Source of the DNA: Caedibacter taeniospiralis
GTDB taxonomy: Bacteria; Pseudomonadota; Gammaproteobacteria; Francisellales; Francisellaceae
Assembly: GCF_002803295.2 (NCBI RefSeq)
Contig: NZ_PGGB02000011.1
Location: 7,246 to 39,245 of the forward strand
DNA length: 32,000 nt
Reading direction: 5' to 3'
Shown here: positions 11,016 to 20,933 of the stretch, piece after piece
Position numbering within the stretch: position 1 is the first letter of the stretch
Layout: each line of letters begins with the position of its first letter
Translations under genes and position numbers: made by a program
The notes under the pieces: generated by a model
Databases searched by the model: none
The model's input: the letters and a program-made list of their open reading frames with translations, nothing else
Told to the model about the DNA's origin: nothing

Positions 11016-12267
11016 TTGCCAGCAAACCAACCACAAAAGCAACGGCAAAAAACATGCTACACCCCACCGTTAATGCCACCTGATAACCATATACGCTAGT
11101 GCTGGCAGCACCACTTGCAAACTTCCCAAGCACTATACCTGTCAGATTTTGTGCAAACCACACCCCTAATAACACAAACATATTGTTAAAGCCTACTGCC
11201 GTTGCCGTAAGCACCTGAGGAACATTTTCAATTATCACCGCAAAGGATAGCGTCTGTGCACCAGCTGCGACACCCAACAGGAACATTAAAACAGAAAATA
11301 AACCATAGCTATCGATTGGTAACCAATTGAGCATTAAACTAATGACCACACCAAACACGGCACATGCTAACAATACTTTCTTACGGTTGCCTAATTTATC
11401 AGAAATTAAACCAACAAGGGGACTACCTAAGCCAAGCCCTAGCCACACAACTGACACGGCACCTGCTGAGATAGTTTGACTGAAAAAGTGCGCCAGATAA
11501 CTGACACCACTCATTGAACCAATGACTTCTACCGCGGGATATACAAATAAGGCGAAGATAGCGACCACCCATACTTGTCTTATCTTAATCAACATCAACA
11601 TCTTTTCTTTAACGGTCATTGATAGTGCGAACTTTGTCGATGAATCAGGCTTTTCTCTTAAGCTTTTAGGCTTATCTTTGACACATAAAAAGAAAAAAAA
11701 TGCCAGCAACAATCCTAGACCAAATATCCAATGAAAAACCAGGCGCCAATCATTATCCGTAACCACCAATAGCAACACAAATGGTGCACCAGCCAAAACT
11801 GGACCAATCATCCCTAATATCTGAGTCATCCCACCCATCACCCCTAAATATTGATGCGGGAACCAATCTAGAATAATTTTGAACATCATGGCAAAGGCAA
11901 ATGCAGACCCCAAACCAATTGCAAAACGTCCTATCCAAGCCATCAAAGCTGTTGTTGCAATGCTAAAAAGTAATGCACCAAGTGCGGTAACGATAATCGC
12001 AAACGTGCCAACTCTTTTAACGCCATAGTGATCAATCATCATACCCACAGGTAATTGCATTAGCGAATATGCTAGAAAATAGGCGGATGAAATACTACTC
12101 ACCGTTAGCTCATCCAAATGAAGCTCTTGTGCAAAAATTGTATTCATCGATCCAAAGGATGCTCGGCAGAAAAACTCGTACAGAAAAAAAACACCAGCTA
12201 AGGCAAAAAAAAGCCAGCCTCTTAAGAGCTTACGTGAAAAAAGTAAGTATTGAAATGAAGATGACAT
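10951..12267 (-). CDS. Major facilitator superfamily transporter
   Basis: 438 aa, about 12 hydrophobic segments; FFLYEFFCRASFGSM, YSLMQLPVGMMIDHYGVKRVGTFA, GLGSPLVGLISDKLGNRKKVL (MFS A-motif variants). Confidence 0.9.
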   Translation of the reverse strand: MSSSFQYLLFSRKLLRGWLFFALAGVFFLYEFFCRASFGSMNTIFAQELHLDELTVSSISSAYFLAYSLMQLPVGMMIDHYGVKRVGTFAIIVTALGALLFSIATTALMAWIGRFAIGLGSAFAFAMMFKIILDWFPHQYLGVMGGMTQILGMIGPVLAGAPFVLLLVVTDNDWRLVFHWIFGLGLLLAFFFFLCVKDKPKSLREKPDSSTKFALSMTVKEKMLMLIKIRQVWVVAIFALFVYPAVEVIGSMSGVSYLAHFFSQTISAGAVSVVWLGLGLGSPLVGLISDKLGNRKKVLLACAVFGVVISLMLNWLPIDSYGLFSVLMFLLGVAAGAQTLSFAVIIENVPQVLTATAVGFNNMFVLLGVWFAQNLTGIVLGKFASGAASTSVYGYQVALTVGCSMFFAVAFVVGLLAIKETHCKRSLVLQEYTQEVQQ

Positions 12268-12543
12268 TTGATAATTTTTTGCATTAAGAATGCGTCTAAA
12301 CTACCACACTATAGAGGTACTTGCAAAATTAAAACTGCCTCTCCAACAACTCCCGCTAGCTTTTTTATTTTCAGGTCAGCTAATGATAATTTTTTGAAGA
12401 CGAAAAAGCACCTCATCGCCATCTGGCGACATTTCTAAAATTCATGTCACATCAAAGTTTGTACAAATTTCATAGCAGGGTAGGCAATCCGTCATTTTAG
12501 GCATGGACATTATACATCATTAAATTTGCCTGAAAATTAGTAC

Positions 12544-12981
12544 TTAGATAACCTTCAACGTAATATCCAATGAGTGCCCCTGGCGCAGCAGATATTGAAT
12601 TCTCTTGTGCTTTTCCTTGAGATCATGCGGCTGATCATGATATTTTCTTTGGTAACACAACATAGCTTGCTCAAACCAGTCAATATTAAGCATTGCCAGC
12701 ATTTTTTCGAGTATTGCACTTTCGATACCTTTTTCATACACAAGCTTCTGCTTGATTCGCAACAAACCATAATGTTTGCTCAGGCAATCACGCAGAACAA
12801 GCTCAGCATAGCGCTCATCAGATTGCCAATTATTTTCAACAAACTCTGCTAACAACGTATCAATTTCCTCCAGTGATAGATTATTACGCAACATGAGCTT
12901 TCGCCTGAGTTGTGCAGAGGAGTACTCTTGTTTTGACAGTAGATAAAAAAGATAATCGCGTTCGTTTTTACTCTTCTGCAT
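12544..12981 (-). CDS. recX: Regulatory protein RecX
   Basis: [65 protein letters not shown], RecX-type helical repeats; start at 12981 overlaps the recA 3' end. The 262-aa ORF in the track is N-terminally over-extended. Confidence 0.88.
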   Translation of the reverse strand: MQKSKNERDYLFYLLSKQEYSSAQLRRKLMLRNNLSLEEIDTLLAEFVENNWQSDERYAELVLRDCLSKHYGLLRIKQKLVYEKGIESAILEKMLAMLNIDWFEQAMLCYQRKYHDQPHDLKEKHKRIQYLLRQGHSLDITLKVI

Positions 12982-13996
12982 TTGAGGGGGTGAGTTTATT
13001 TTTATTGGCGTTTGGTAATAGCGTTTCCATAATTGCTTTATGTAATGCTTCTTTGACGACTGGATTTTCCTTGAGATAAGCGCGCACATTGTCTTTTCCC
13101 TGCCCGATACGATCGCCATTGTAGCTATACCAGGCACCCGACTTGTCAACAAGATTATATTTGACACCCAAATCAATAAGCTCCCCCTCCAGAGAGATTC
13201 CCTCGCCATATAAAATATCAAAATCTGCCTGTTTAAATGGTGGAGATACCTTATTTTTGACCACTTTGACTTTTGTCTCATTTCCAAGTATTTCTTCACC
13301 TTTTTTAATTGGACTGCCACGGCGAATTTCAAGACGAACTGAAGCGTAGAATTTTAACGCATTACCGCCAGTAGTCGTTTCTGGATTACCAAACATGACC
13401 CCAATTTTCATTCTGATTTGGTTAATAAATACCACCAGCGTATTCGAACGCTTGATATTGGCGGTTAATTTACGCAATGCCTGTGACATGAGTCTCGCCT
13501 GCAATCCCATATGGGAATCCCCCATCTCCCCTTCAATTTCAGCTTTTGGCGTTAATGCTGCCACTGAGTCGACCACAACAATGTCTACGCCGCCTGAGCG
13601 CACCAGCATATCAACAATTTCCAAGGCTTGCTCACCCGTATCTGGCTGAGAGACAACCAGGCTCTTAAGGTCAACGCCAAGAGCCTCAGCATACACGGGA
13701 TCAAGTACATGCTCTGCATCAATAAAAGCTGCTGTACCCCCATTTTTCTGGCATTGAGCAATAGCTTGCAAAGTTAGCGTTGTTTTCCCTGAGGATTCAG
13801 AACCATAAATCTCAACCACACGTCCTTTAGGCAAACCACCAACTCCTAAGGCTATATCCAAACCAATAGAACCTGTTGAGATCACTTCGATATCTTTTGC
13901 AAGATCGTTATCGCCCATACGCATAATAGAGCCTTTACCAAATTGCTTCTCAATTTGCGCTAAAGCTGAATTTAACGCTTGTTCTTTATTACTCAT
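12968..13996 (-). CDS. recA: Recombinase RecA
   Basis: 342 aa; [13 protein letters not shown] Walker [76 protein letters not shown]. Confidence 0.99.
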   Translation of the reverse strand: MSNKEQALNSALAQIEKQFGKGSIMRMGDNDLAKDIEVISTGSIGLDIALGVGGLPKGRVVEIYGSESSGKTTLTLQAIAQCQKNGGTAAFIDAEHVLDPVYAEALGVDLKSLVVSQPDTGEQALEIVDMLVRSGGVDIVVVDSVAALTPKAEIEGEMGDSHMGLQARLMSQALRKLTANIKRSNTLVVFINQIRMKIGVMFGNPETTTGGNALKFYASVRLEIRRGSPIKKGEEILGNETKVKVVKNKVSPPFKQADFDILYGEGISLEGELIDLGVKYNLVDKSGAWYSYNGDRIGQGKDNVRAYLKENPVVKEALHKAIMETLLPNANKNKLTPSNAEE

Positions 13997-14082
13997 AGAT
14001 CATCCTCAAAACAGGTAAATTTAAGATTTAAAACACGGGAATTAATGTAGCATTTATACGTAACGAACAAAAGGCAAATCTC

Positions 14083-14102
14083 ACCCCACTTTAAAGTGGG
14101 GT
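14083..14102. repeat. 20-bp perfect palindrome ACCCCACTTTAAAGTGGGGT between divergent recA and smpB
   Basis: Sequence is its own exact reverse complement; shares the CCACTTTAAAGTGG core with the 44-bp palindrome at 23747-23790. Confidence 0.75.
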
Positions 14103-14114
14103 TGTCGGATGCGT

Positions 14115-14151
14115 GTGACACCGCTTACCCACACCGACATTTTGGGCAAAT
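14115..14151 (+). repeat. Dispersed intergenic repeat, copy A
   Basis: GTGACACCGCTTACCCACACCGACATTTTGGGCAAAT; about 32/38 aligned columns match copy B in inverted orientation (manual alignment). Confidence 0.55.
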
Positions 14152-14249
14152 GCTTAGGTAAATATTTTGTCCAAACCTATTTCTCTTATGTCTTCAGTTC
14201 GTGTTAGAATCTCGACCATTGCAACACTTATGGTCCATTTTGCAAAGCA

Positions 14250-14732
14250 ATGGCAAAGACAAAACCCAAATCAACCGCAACGAGTAATACGATTGCTAAG
14301 AACAAAAAAGCATTTCATGAATATACCATTGAGGATCGCTTTGAAGCTGGTATTGTGCTCCAGGGTTGGGAAGTAAAAAGTATTCGCTCAGGACGCGTGC
14401 AGCTTGTCGATAGTCATATTCATGTCAAAAATAGCGAAGCCTGGCTTTTTAACGCCCTGATCACTCCTTTACATTCGGCATCAACGCATGTTGTACCCGA
14501 GCCCGCTGGGACGCGTAAATTGCTTTTACATCGCCGAGAAATCAATAAACTATTAGGAAAAATCGATCAAAAAGGCTATACCGTAGTACCGTTGGCAATG
14601 TACTGGAAAGGTTCTCGAGTTAAGCTTGAAATCGCGATCGCCAAAGGTAAACAATTACATGACAAACGCCAGGCATCTAAAGAGCATGACTGGAAACGTG
14701 AGAAAGAACGTCTGTTCAAAAAGAGTATTTAG
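14250..14732 (+). CDS. smpB: SsrA-binding protein SmpB
   Basis: 160 aa; [76 protein letters not shown]. Confidence 0.97.
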   Translation: MAKTKPKSTATSNTIAKNKKAFHEYTIEDRFEAGIVLQGWEVKSIRSGRVQLVDSHIHVKNSEAWLFNALITPLHSASTHVVPEPAGTRKLLLHRREINKLLGKIDQKGYTVVPLAMYWKGSRVKLEIAIAKGKQLHDKRQASKEHDWKREKERLFKKSI

Positions 14733-14735
14733 GCA

Positions 14736-15509
14736 ATGAGCGCAACCGAAAAAAAGCTTCATTTCTATATTACTAAGGCAATCGCAGATTATAAAATGCT
14801 GCAAAAAGGAGACAAAGTCATGATCTGCCTTTCTGGCGGCAAGGACTCTTTTAGCCTTGTTAAGATTATGCACACACTGGTGCAAAACGACACCTATGAT
14901 GTGAAGCTTATGGTCTATACGCTTGACCAAAGCCAGCCTGGCTGGGATGATCGCGATATGCGCGCTTACCTTGAAAAGCATGATATCAACTATGTGATTG
15001 AAAAGCGTGATACCTATTCAGTCGTCATTGATAAGATTCCTGAAAATAAAACTTATTGTTCACTGTGTTCACGCCTGCGTCGTGGCAATATCTATCGCTT
15101 TGCACGTGAAAATAAAATGAACAAAATCATGTTGGGACATCATCGCGATGATGTCATCGAATCTGTACTCATGTCGATGTTTTATCAAGGCAAAATAAAA
15201 TCCATGCCCGCGAAGCTATTAACTGAGGATAAAGAGAATGTCGTTGTTCGCCCGATGATCTATTGCCAGGAGCGTGATATTGCACGCTTTGCCAAAGAGC
15301 AGAACTTCCCCATTATTCCCTGTAATCTTTGTGGCAGTCAGGAAAATTTAAAACGCCAGCAGGTAAAAAACCTGATCCATGAACTTGCCAGGCAAAATCC
15401 TGTGATCCCACAAAATATCTTTGCCTCCCTCAGTAACGTGGTACCAAGCCATTTGTATGACAGCAGTTTATTTGATATCCGTGAATGCGATCAGGAACGA
15501 TTAGGCTGA
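14736..15509 (+). CDS. ttcA: tRNA 2-thiocytidine(32) biosynthesis protein TtcA
   Basis: 257 aa; PP-loop CLSGGKDSF, CSLCSRLRRGNIYRFA, HHRDDVIES, PCNLCGSQENLKR. Confidence 0.95.
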   Translation: MSATEKKLHFYITKAIADYKMLQKGDKVMICLSGGKDSFSLVKIMHTLVQNDTYDVKLMVYTLDQSQPGWDDRDMRAYLEKHDINYVIEKRDTYSVVIDKIPENKTYCSLCSRLRRGNIYRFARENKMNKIMLGHHRDDVIESVLMSMFYQGKIKSMPAKLLTEDKENVVVRPMIYCQERDIARFAKEQNFPIIPCNLCGSQENLKRQQVKNLIHELARQNPVIPQNIFASLSNVVPSHLYDSSLFDIRECDQERLG

Positions 15510-15535
15510 TCTTAATCAAATAGTCCTGGTAGAGT

Positions 15536-15559
15536 AAGCCGTCAGGGTTGTCGGCTTTT
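15536..15559 (+). terminator. Weak candidate intrinsic terminator downstream of ttcA
   Basis: AAGCCG-(10 nt)-CGGCTTTT, a 6-bp stem followed by a short T tract, 26 nt after the ttcA stop. Confidence 0.35.
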
Positions 15560-15634
15560 GCAAACAAGATTTACTTGAGAGATTAAATAAGCTAAGGTAA
15601 CCCGTCATAATTAACACGTTAAACAGATATTAAA

Positions 15635-16468
15635 ATGATCCACTGGTTTCCAGCGCATATGCACAAGGCCACCAAAGAGCTCATTAAAATCATGCCTCAA
15701 ATTGATATTGCCATTGAGGTAGTTGATGCTCGAGCACCCGAAGCAAGTGCCAATCCCGTCTTACATGAAGCTGCTAAAGGTAAGCCAATCATTAAGATTC
15801 TCTCCAAAGCTGATCTTGCAGACCCCATTGTTACTAAAGCGTGGCTTAAATTTTACCAGGGCAAAGCCCTGGCACTTGATATTGCGCATGATAAAAAAAG
15901 TGCGCAAAAAATTATTAACCTGTGCAAAAAGCAACTGCCCAATCGTGGCACGATTTTAAAACCAATACGCGTTGTGATTTTTGGCATTCCCAATGTCGGA
16001 AAATCAACACTTATCAATAGCCTCGCCAAACGAAAAGTAGCTCAAACTGGCAATGAGCCCGCGGTGACCAAAAGGCAGCAAAAGATAGAGATTGAAAAGC
16101 ACTTTTATCTTAATGATACCCCTGGGATCATGTTTCCAAGTCCAAAAGATGAAGGATGTAGCTATAAGCTTGCCGCTATTGGCTCCATTCGCGACACCGC
16201 AATGGACTATCCATCAACGGCTTACTTCATCTTAGATTTTCTCAAAGAAGAGTATCCTCAGTTACTCATGTCGCGCTTTAATCCCACAAGCCTCACTATG
16301 GATACTGAAGAGATGCTTCTCAATATCGGCAAAGCACTAGGGCAACAACATACACATCACATTGCCGAGAAAATTATTCAAGATTTTCGCCAGGGAAGAA
16401 TTGGAGCTATGTCGCTGGAAACCCCTGATAACTACCTGAAGTATTACGTCCCTTCTGAAAATGTATAA
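15635..16468 (+). CDS. Ribosome biogenesis GTPase YlqF/RbgA family (circularly permuted GTPase)
   Basis: 277 aa; MIHWFPAHMHKA, VDARAPEASANP, LSKADL (G4), GIPNVGKSTLIN (G1), LNDTPGIMFP (G3), in permuted order. Confidence 0.93.
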   Translation: MIHWFPAHMHKATKELIKIMPQIDIAIEVVDARAPEASANPVLHEAAKGKPIIKILSKADLADPIVTKAWLKFYQGKALALDIAHDKKSAQKIINLCKKQLPNRGTILKPIRVVIFGIPNVGKSTLINSLAKRKVAQTGNEPAVTKRQQKIEIEKHFYLNDTPGIMFPSPKDEGCSYKLAAIGSIRDTAMDYPSTAYFILDFLKEEYPQLLMSRFNPTSLTMDTEEMLLNIGKALGQQHTHHIAEKIIQDFRQGRIGAMSLETPDNYLKYYVPSENV

Positions 16469-16639
16469 GCGCGTAACTCCAGTTACCTACACCCCCTATG
16501 TGTTGCCGACTTCGTTACATTTATTTGGTCGCTGCTTGTTCAGAATATGTTAGGACATTCAGTGATGAATGTTTTCATTTATTTCTCGACTATTCCGTGC
16601 AATAATGCGCAATAGTCGCGACCAGTCCGTTTTAAGCCA

Positions 16640-17845
16640 ATGATTAGACGATTTTATGAAAATATTATTCAAAATCATATGAATAAATATGAGCAAATGA
16701 TTTTTATTTCTGGCGCCCGTCAAGTGGGCAAAACGACGCTGGCAAAACAGTTTCAAACCAGCGACAAAAGTTATTTAAACTGGGACAATGTTGTACACAG
16801 AGAAATTATACTAAGCCGATTGTTCGATTATATTGATAACGATCTGCTTGCAGTATTATCTGAGACTAAACCCTGTTTGATCCTTGATGAAATTCATAAA
16901 TATGAAAACTGGAAAAATTTTATTAAAGGTATTTATGATCAATATAAAGGGAGAATACATTTGATCATTACAGGATCTGCTAAATTAGATATCTATAGTA
17001 AGGGCGGGGATAGTCTGATGGGGAGATATTTTAATTATCAGATTATGCCCTTGTCTGTGCATGAGTTGTTAGAAGTCCCATATGCAAAAAAGTTTGTTAA
17101 TCAACCTTCCGCTTTAGCTCATGAAAAGTGGGGACGTTTATTTAGATTTGGTGGATATCCTGAGGCCTATAGTAAGAATGATATTGAGTTTTTTGAATTG
17201 TGGTCAGCTATGCGCTGGAATCAGTTATTCAAAGAGGAAATTCGTGATTATGCTAACGTGCACGATATTGCACAACTTGAACTTATGGGGAAGCTAATCA
17301 TTGGACAAGTCGGGAGTTTAATTAATTACGCTCAAGTGGCTAAAAAAATTCAAAAGTCTGAAAGCACGGTAAGGTCATGGTTCCAATTATTAGAAAGCAC
17401 CTATTATCTATTTAGCATCTCTCCATGGTCAAATAACGTGAATCGCTCCATTTTAAAAGCGCCTAAGGCATATTTACATGACTGGTCACTTGTTAATGAT
17501 GTTGGCGCCAGGATTGAGAATTATTGTGCTGTGCATTTGTTAAAAGCGATATATTATTGGAAAAATACAGGGCAAGGTCATTTTTCTCTACACTATTTGC
17601 GTGATAAGGATCAACGCGAAGTCGATTTTCTCATTGCTAAAGAAGATCAGCCCTGGATGCTTATTGAGGTTAAAAAAAGCCTGAATATTTCGACCAGTAA
17701 AAATCTGTTGTATTTCCAAAGGCAACTCAATCCCACATATACTTTTCAGCTTGTGTTTGATGCTGAGTTTATAAAGCTTGATCTATTTAATATTCATGAC
17801 AGCAAAATTGTACCTATGCATACTTTCTTGTCACAGCTATTTTAA
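16640..17845 (+). CDS. AAA family ATPase with DUF4143 (AAA_14 / DUF4143 type)
   Basis: 401 aa; FISGARQVGKTTLAKQF (Walker A), LILDEIHKYENWKNFIKG (Walker B), LIITGSAKLD, MPLSVHELL, C-terminal nuclease-like patch QREVDFLI...MLIEVKKS. Confidence 0.9.
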   Translation: MIRRFYENIIQNHMNKYEQMIFISGARQVGKTTLAKQFQTSDKSYLNWDNVVHREIILSRLFDYIDNDLLAVLSETKPCLILDEIHKYENWKNFIKGIYDQYKGRIHLIITGSAKLDIYSKGGDSLMGRYFNYQIMPLSVHELLEVPYAKKFVNQPSALAHEKWGRLFRFGGYPEAYSKNDIEFFELWSAMRWNQLFKEEIRDYANVHDIAQLELMGKLIIGQVGSLINYAQVAKKIQKSESTVRSWFQLLESTYYLFSISPWSNNVNRSILKAPKAYLHDWSLVNDVGARIENYCAVHLLKAIYYWKNTGQGHFSLHYLRDKDQREVDFLIAKEDQPWMLIEVKKSLNISTSKNLLYFQRQLNPTYTFQLVFDAEFIKLDLFNIHDSKIVPMHTFLSQLF

Positions 17846-17894
17846 CGTGAGTTACTGTTACGTACGTTTGCTGATTTTTGAGGCTGTGCAAATA

Positions 17895-17932
17895 ATTCGC
17901 CCAAGCGTGTCGGTGTGAGTAATCAGTGTCAC
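17895..17932 (-). repeat. Dispersed intergenic repeat, copy B
   Basis: Reverse complement GTGACACTGATTACTCACACCGACACGCTTGGGCGAAT; matches copy A at about 84% with one gap. Confidence 0.55.
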
Positions 17933-18012
17933 CCTGCGTGAAGTCGTTAGGGTTATTTGAAAGCTGGATTCCCGCCTATTTTGTTTCGGCGAAAATATGG
18001 TTATGACCCTTT

Positions 18013-19005
18013 TTAGTAAACCTTTATACACGCCACTTTTCTTTCTTGCGACAGCTGGTGAAGTGGTGGTTTTTCCCTGGCACACATCTCATCTGCCAAT
18101 GGACAACGTGTGCGAAACACGCACCCTGATGGCGGATTGATCGGTGACGGGAGATCACCCTCTAAAATTTGAATTTGTTTATTACGCTCCAACTCAGGGT
18201 CAGGCAATGGCACTGCGGACAATAATGCTTTAGTGTAAGGATGCGCTGGTCTGTCACATAAAGCTCTTGATTCTCCCACCTCCATCAAATTTCCCAAATA
18301 CATCACCATAATGTGATCAGAGATGTGTTTTATCACACTTAAATTATGCGCAATAAATAGAATGGTTAATCCCAGGCTTTGCTGCAACTCTTTGAGTAAA
18401 TTCACCACCTGTGCCTGAATGGACACATCCAAAGCGCTCACGGGTTCATCACACACCAAAATAGAGGGTTTTAAAATAAGCGCGCGAGCAATCCCAACCC
18501 GCTGATATTGTCCGCCTGAAAACTGATGCGGATAACGGTTGATGTGCATGGGCGACAAGCCCACCCTACGCATCATCTCTTCAACACGCGATCTGCGTTC
18601 TTCTTTCGAGAGATGAGGTTCATGCACTCTTAAAGGTTCAGCAATAATATTGCCGATGGTAATTCTGGGATTTAGCGAGGCAAAGGGATCCTGGAAAATC
18701 ATCTGAATTTCTTTTCTAACTGGCTGCCATGACTTCTTGTGCTTAAGTGCGGTTAAATCCCTACCCGCCCAGACGACTTTTCCTTCTGTTGCATGAACTA
18801 ACCCAACCACGGCGCGAATCAAGGTGGATTTACCACAACCTGACTCACCAACAATGCCCAGGGTTTCACCTTTTTTTACCGCAAAAGAAACCCCATCAAC
18901 CGCTTTGACAAAGCGCGTTTGTTGCCAGATCCAGGATTTTTTGAGTGGAAAGTGAACTTTTAAGTTTTCAATAGTCAATATGCTCTCTTGTATACTCATT
19001 GACAT
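18013..19005 (-). CDS. oppF: Oligo/dipeptide ABC transporter ATP-binding protein (OppF/DppF type)
   Basis: Walker [14 protein letters not shown], signature [21 protein letters not shown], Walker [14 protein letters not shown]-terminal [10 protein letters not shown]; probable start MSMSIQ at 19005. Confidence 0.93.
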   Translation of the reverse strand: MSMSIQESILTIENLKVHFPLKKSWIWQQTRFVKAVDGVSFAVKKGETLGIVGESGCGKSTLIRAVVGLVHATEGKVVWAGRDLTALKHKKSWQPVRKEIQMIFQDPFASLNPRITIGNIIAEPLRVHEPHLSKEERRSRVEEMMRRVGLSPMHINRYPHQFSGGQYQRVGIARALILKPSILVCDEPVSALDVSIQAQVVNLLKELQQSLGLTILFIAHNLSVIKHISDHIMVMYLGNLMEVGESRALCDRPAHPYTKALLSAVPLPDPELERNKQIQILEGDLPSPINPPSGCVFRTRCPLADEMCAREKPPLHQLSQERKVACIKVY

Positions 19006-19979
19006 CCCTCCTGGCGTTGTTTGGCATAAAAGCAAGCAACGAGATGGACTCTATCTTCTTCATAGTTCTCTAAACTGGGTCTGTGTGTAAGACAGTTTGG
19101 TAACGCAAAATCGCACCTTGGTTGAAAAGCACAGCCCACAGGTAAGTTGGATAGATCAGGTGGCTCCCCAGGAATGGCTTGTAAACGCGCACTTGGGATA
19201 TCCACGCGTGGCGTTGCTGCCATCAATCCTTTAGTGTAAGGATGATGATTATGTTTAAATAATTCATGAACTTCTGCCGACTCTACAGGACGCCCACCAT
19301 ACATCACCATCACGCGATCACAGGCTCCCGCAACGACACCAATATCATGTGTAATTAAAATCGTTGCCATTTTAAATTCATTTTGCAGATCTTTTAATAG
19401 CTTTAATATTTGCGCCTGAACAGTAACATCAAGTGCGGTGGTTGGTTCATCAGCAATCAATAATTTAGGACGGCACATCAAAGCCATTGCAATCATTACG
19501 CGTTGGCGCATGCCTCCTGAAAACTCATGAGGATAGAGTTTTACCCTGTTTTTTGCATCGGGGATATTCACGGCATCAAGCATCTCAAGTGCTTTTTTAG
19601 CAGCTTCTTTTTTTGAGCAATTGCGATGAATCATCAGGGTTTCAGAAAGCTGCTTTTCTACGGTAATATAAGGATTCAATGAAGTCATAGGATCCTGAAA
19701 AATCATTGAAATCTTATCTCCACGAACTTTATTAAGCTGTTTCGTTGGCATCCCAACTAATTCCTGACCATTAAATATAACCGAACCTGAAATAATGGCA
19801 TTGGATGCTGATAAGCCCATTAGCGCCAAAACAGTTTGACTTTTACCCGACCCAGACTCCCCCACGATACCTAAGGTCTCCCCCTGGTCTAAGCTGAAGT
19901 TGATCTTATTGACTGCACTAACCAGCCCATCATTGGTTTTAAATTTTACGTCCAAATCTTTTGCAATTAATAATGACAT
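18996..19979 (-). CDS. oppD: Oligo/dipeptide ABC transporter ATP-binding protein (OppD/DppD type)
   Basis: 327 aa; [55 protein letters not shown]. Confidence 0.94.
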   Translation of the reverse strand: MSLLIAKDLDVKFKTNDGLVSAVNKINFSLDQGETLGIVGESGSGKSQTVLALMGLSASNAIISGSVIFNGQELVGMPTKQLNKVRGDKISMIFQDPMTSLNPYITVEKQLSETLMIHRNCSKKEAAKKALEMLDAVNIPDAKNRVKLYPHEFSGGMRQRVMIAMALMCRPKLLIADEPTTALDVTVQAQILKLLKDLQNEFKMATILITHDIGVVAGACDRVMVMYGGRPVESAEVHELFKHNHHPYTKGLMAATPRVDIPSARLQAIPGEPPDLSNLPVGCAFQPRCDFALPNCLTHRPSLENYEEDRVHLVACFYAKQRQEGCQ

Positions 19980-19988
19980 GTTTCCCCC

Positions 19989-20924
19989 TTAACGATGCTC
20001 ACGTGGATCAAGTGCGTCTCTTAAGCCATTGCCAACAAAGTTAAAACATAACAATGTCAAGGTTAAGAAAATCGATGGGATAACTAAAATCCACCAATAA
20101 TTAAAAGCAATCACCTGCACACCATCACTGATTAAACCGCCCCAATCGGTCATTGGTGGTTGCACGCCAAGACCTAAGAAGCTTAAGAATGCCGCAGTCA
20201 TAATTACCACAGGAACAGTTAAGGTAATATAAACGGCAATAATACCAATAAGGTTTCTAACAATATGACGCGTGATAATAGTGCGCTCTTTCACCCCGCA
20301 CACATAAGCAGCTTCAATAAATTCCTTATTTTTTAACCCTAAGGTTTGTCCTCTGACCACGCGCGCCATATCAAGCCAGCTGACAGCTCCAATGGCAATA
20401 AAAACCAGAACAAAATTTCGACCGAATAAAGTGACCAGTAAAATGGCAAAAAACATAAAAGGCAAACCATAAAGCACATCAACGATACGCATTAAAACAT
20501 TGTCTATTTTACCCCCAAAAAAGCCTGCAGTAGCTCCCACCAATGTACCAATAATCACACTGACCAGCGTTGCTACCAAACCAATTTCTAATGTCACTCG
20601 CCCACCGACCATGATACGAGTAAACACATCACGTCCCAAGCCATCGGTGCCAAACCAATGTGTTGAACTTGGAACAAGATAGACTTCGGAAAGATTCTGG
20701 TACTCGTAACTATATGGTGAAAACCACGGCAATATAACGACTGCAAGCACAATCAATCCAAGAATCACGATACTAATCATCGCAATCTTATTACTTCTAA
20801 AACGTAGCATCGCGTCATAGTATAAACTTCTGCCCCTAAATACTTGTTCATGTGAGGTATTTGCCACCTTTTCCAGAAAATTTGCATTCTTCTTTTTCTG
20901 CTCAACAGTAAAACTCTTTGTCAT
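19989..20924 (-). CDS. oppC: Oligo/dipeptide ABC transporter permease (OppC/DppC type)
   Basis: 311 aa; HWFGTDGLGRDVFTRIMVGGRVTLEIGLVA, EAAYVCGVKERTIITRHIVRNLIG, GLGVQPPMTDWGGLI, FVGNGLRDALDPR. Confidence 0.95.
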   Translation of the reverse strand: MTKSFTVEQKKKNANFLEKVANTSHEQVFRGRSLYYDAMLRFRSNKIAMISIVILGLIVLAVVILPWFSPYSYEYQNLSEVYLVPSSTHWFGTDGLGRDVFTRIMVGGRVTLEIGLVATLVSVIIGTLVGATAGFFGGKIDNVLMRIVDVLYGLPFMFFAILLVTLFGRNFVLVFIAIGAVSWLDMARVVRGQTLGLKNKEFIEAAYVCGVKERTIITRHIVRNLIGIIAVYITLTVPVVIMTAAFLSFLGLGVQPPMTDWGGLISDGVQVIAFNYWWILVIPSIFLTLTLLCFNFVGNGLRDALDPREHR

Positions 20925-20933
20925 AACTTAACC

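Noticed and set aside
12416-12429. TCGCCA-TC-TGGCGA mini-palindrome downstream of recX
   Set aside because: Six-bp stem with a 2-nt loop and no T tract; not convincing as a terminator or repeat.
12982-13332. N-terminal extension of the recX ORF (117 extra codons)
   Set aside because: It overlaps recA in another frame on the same strand and lacks RecX character; [11 protein letters not shown] at 12981 is the plausible start.
14655-14981. 108-aa minus-strand ORF
   Set aside because: Fully antisense to the smpB 3' end and ttcA coding sequence; no domain resemblance.
15544-15554. GGGTTGTCGG match between the ttcA-ylqF spacer and the 14100 region
   Set aside because: Only about 10 nt match and the similarity does not extend, so it is likely chance.
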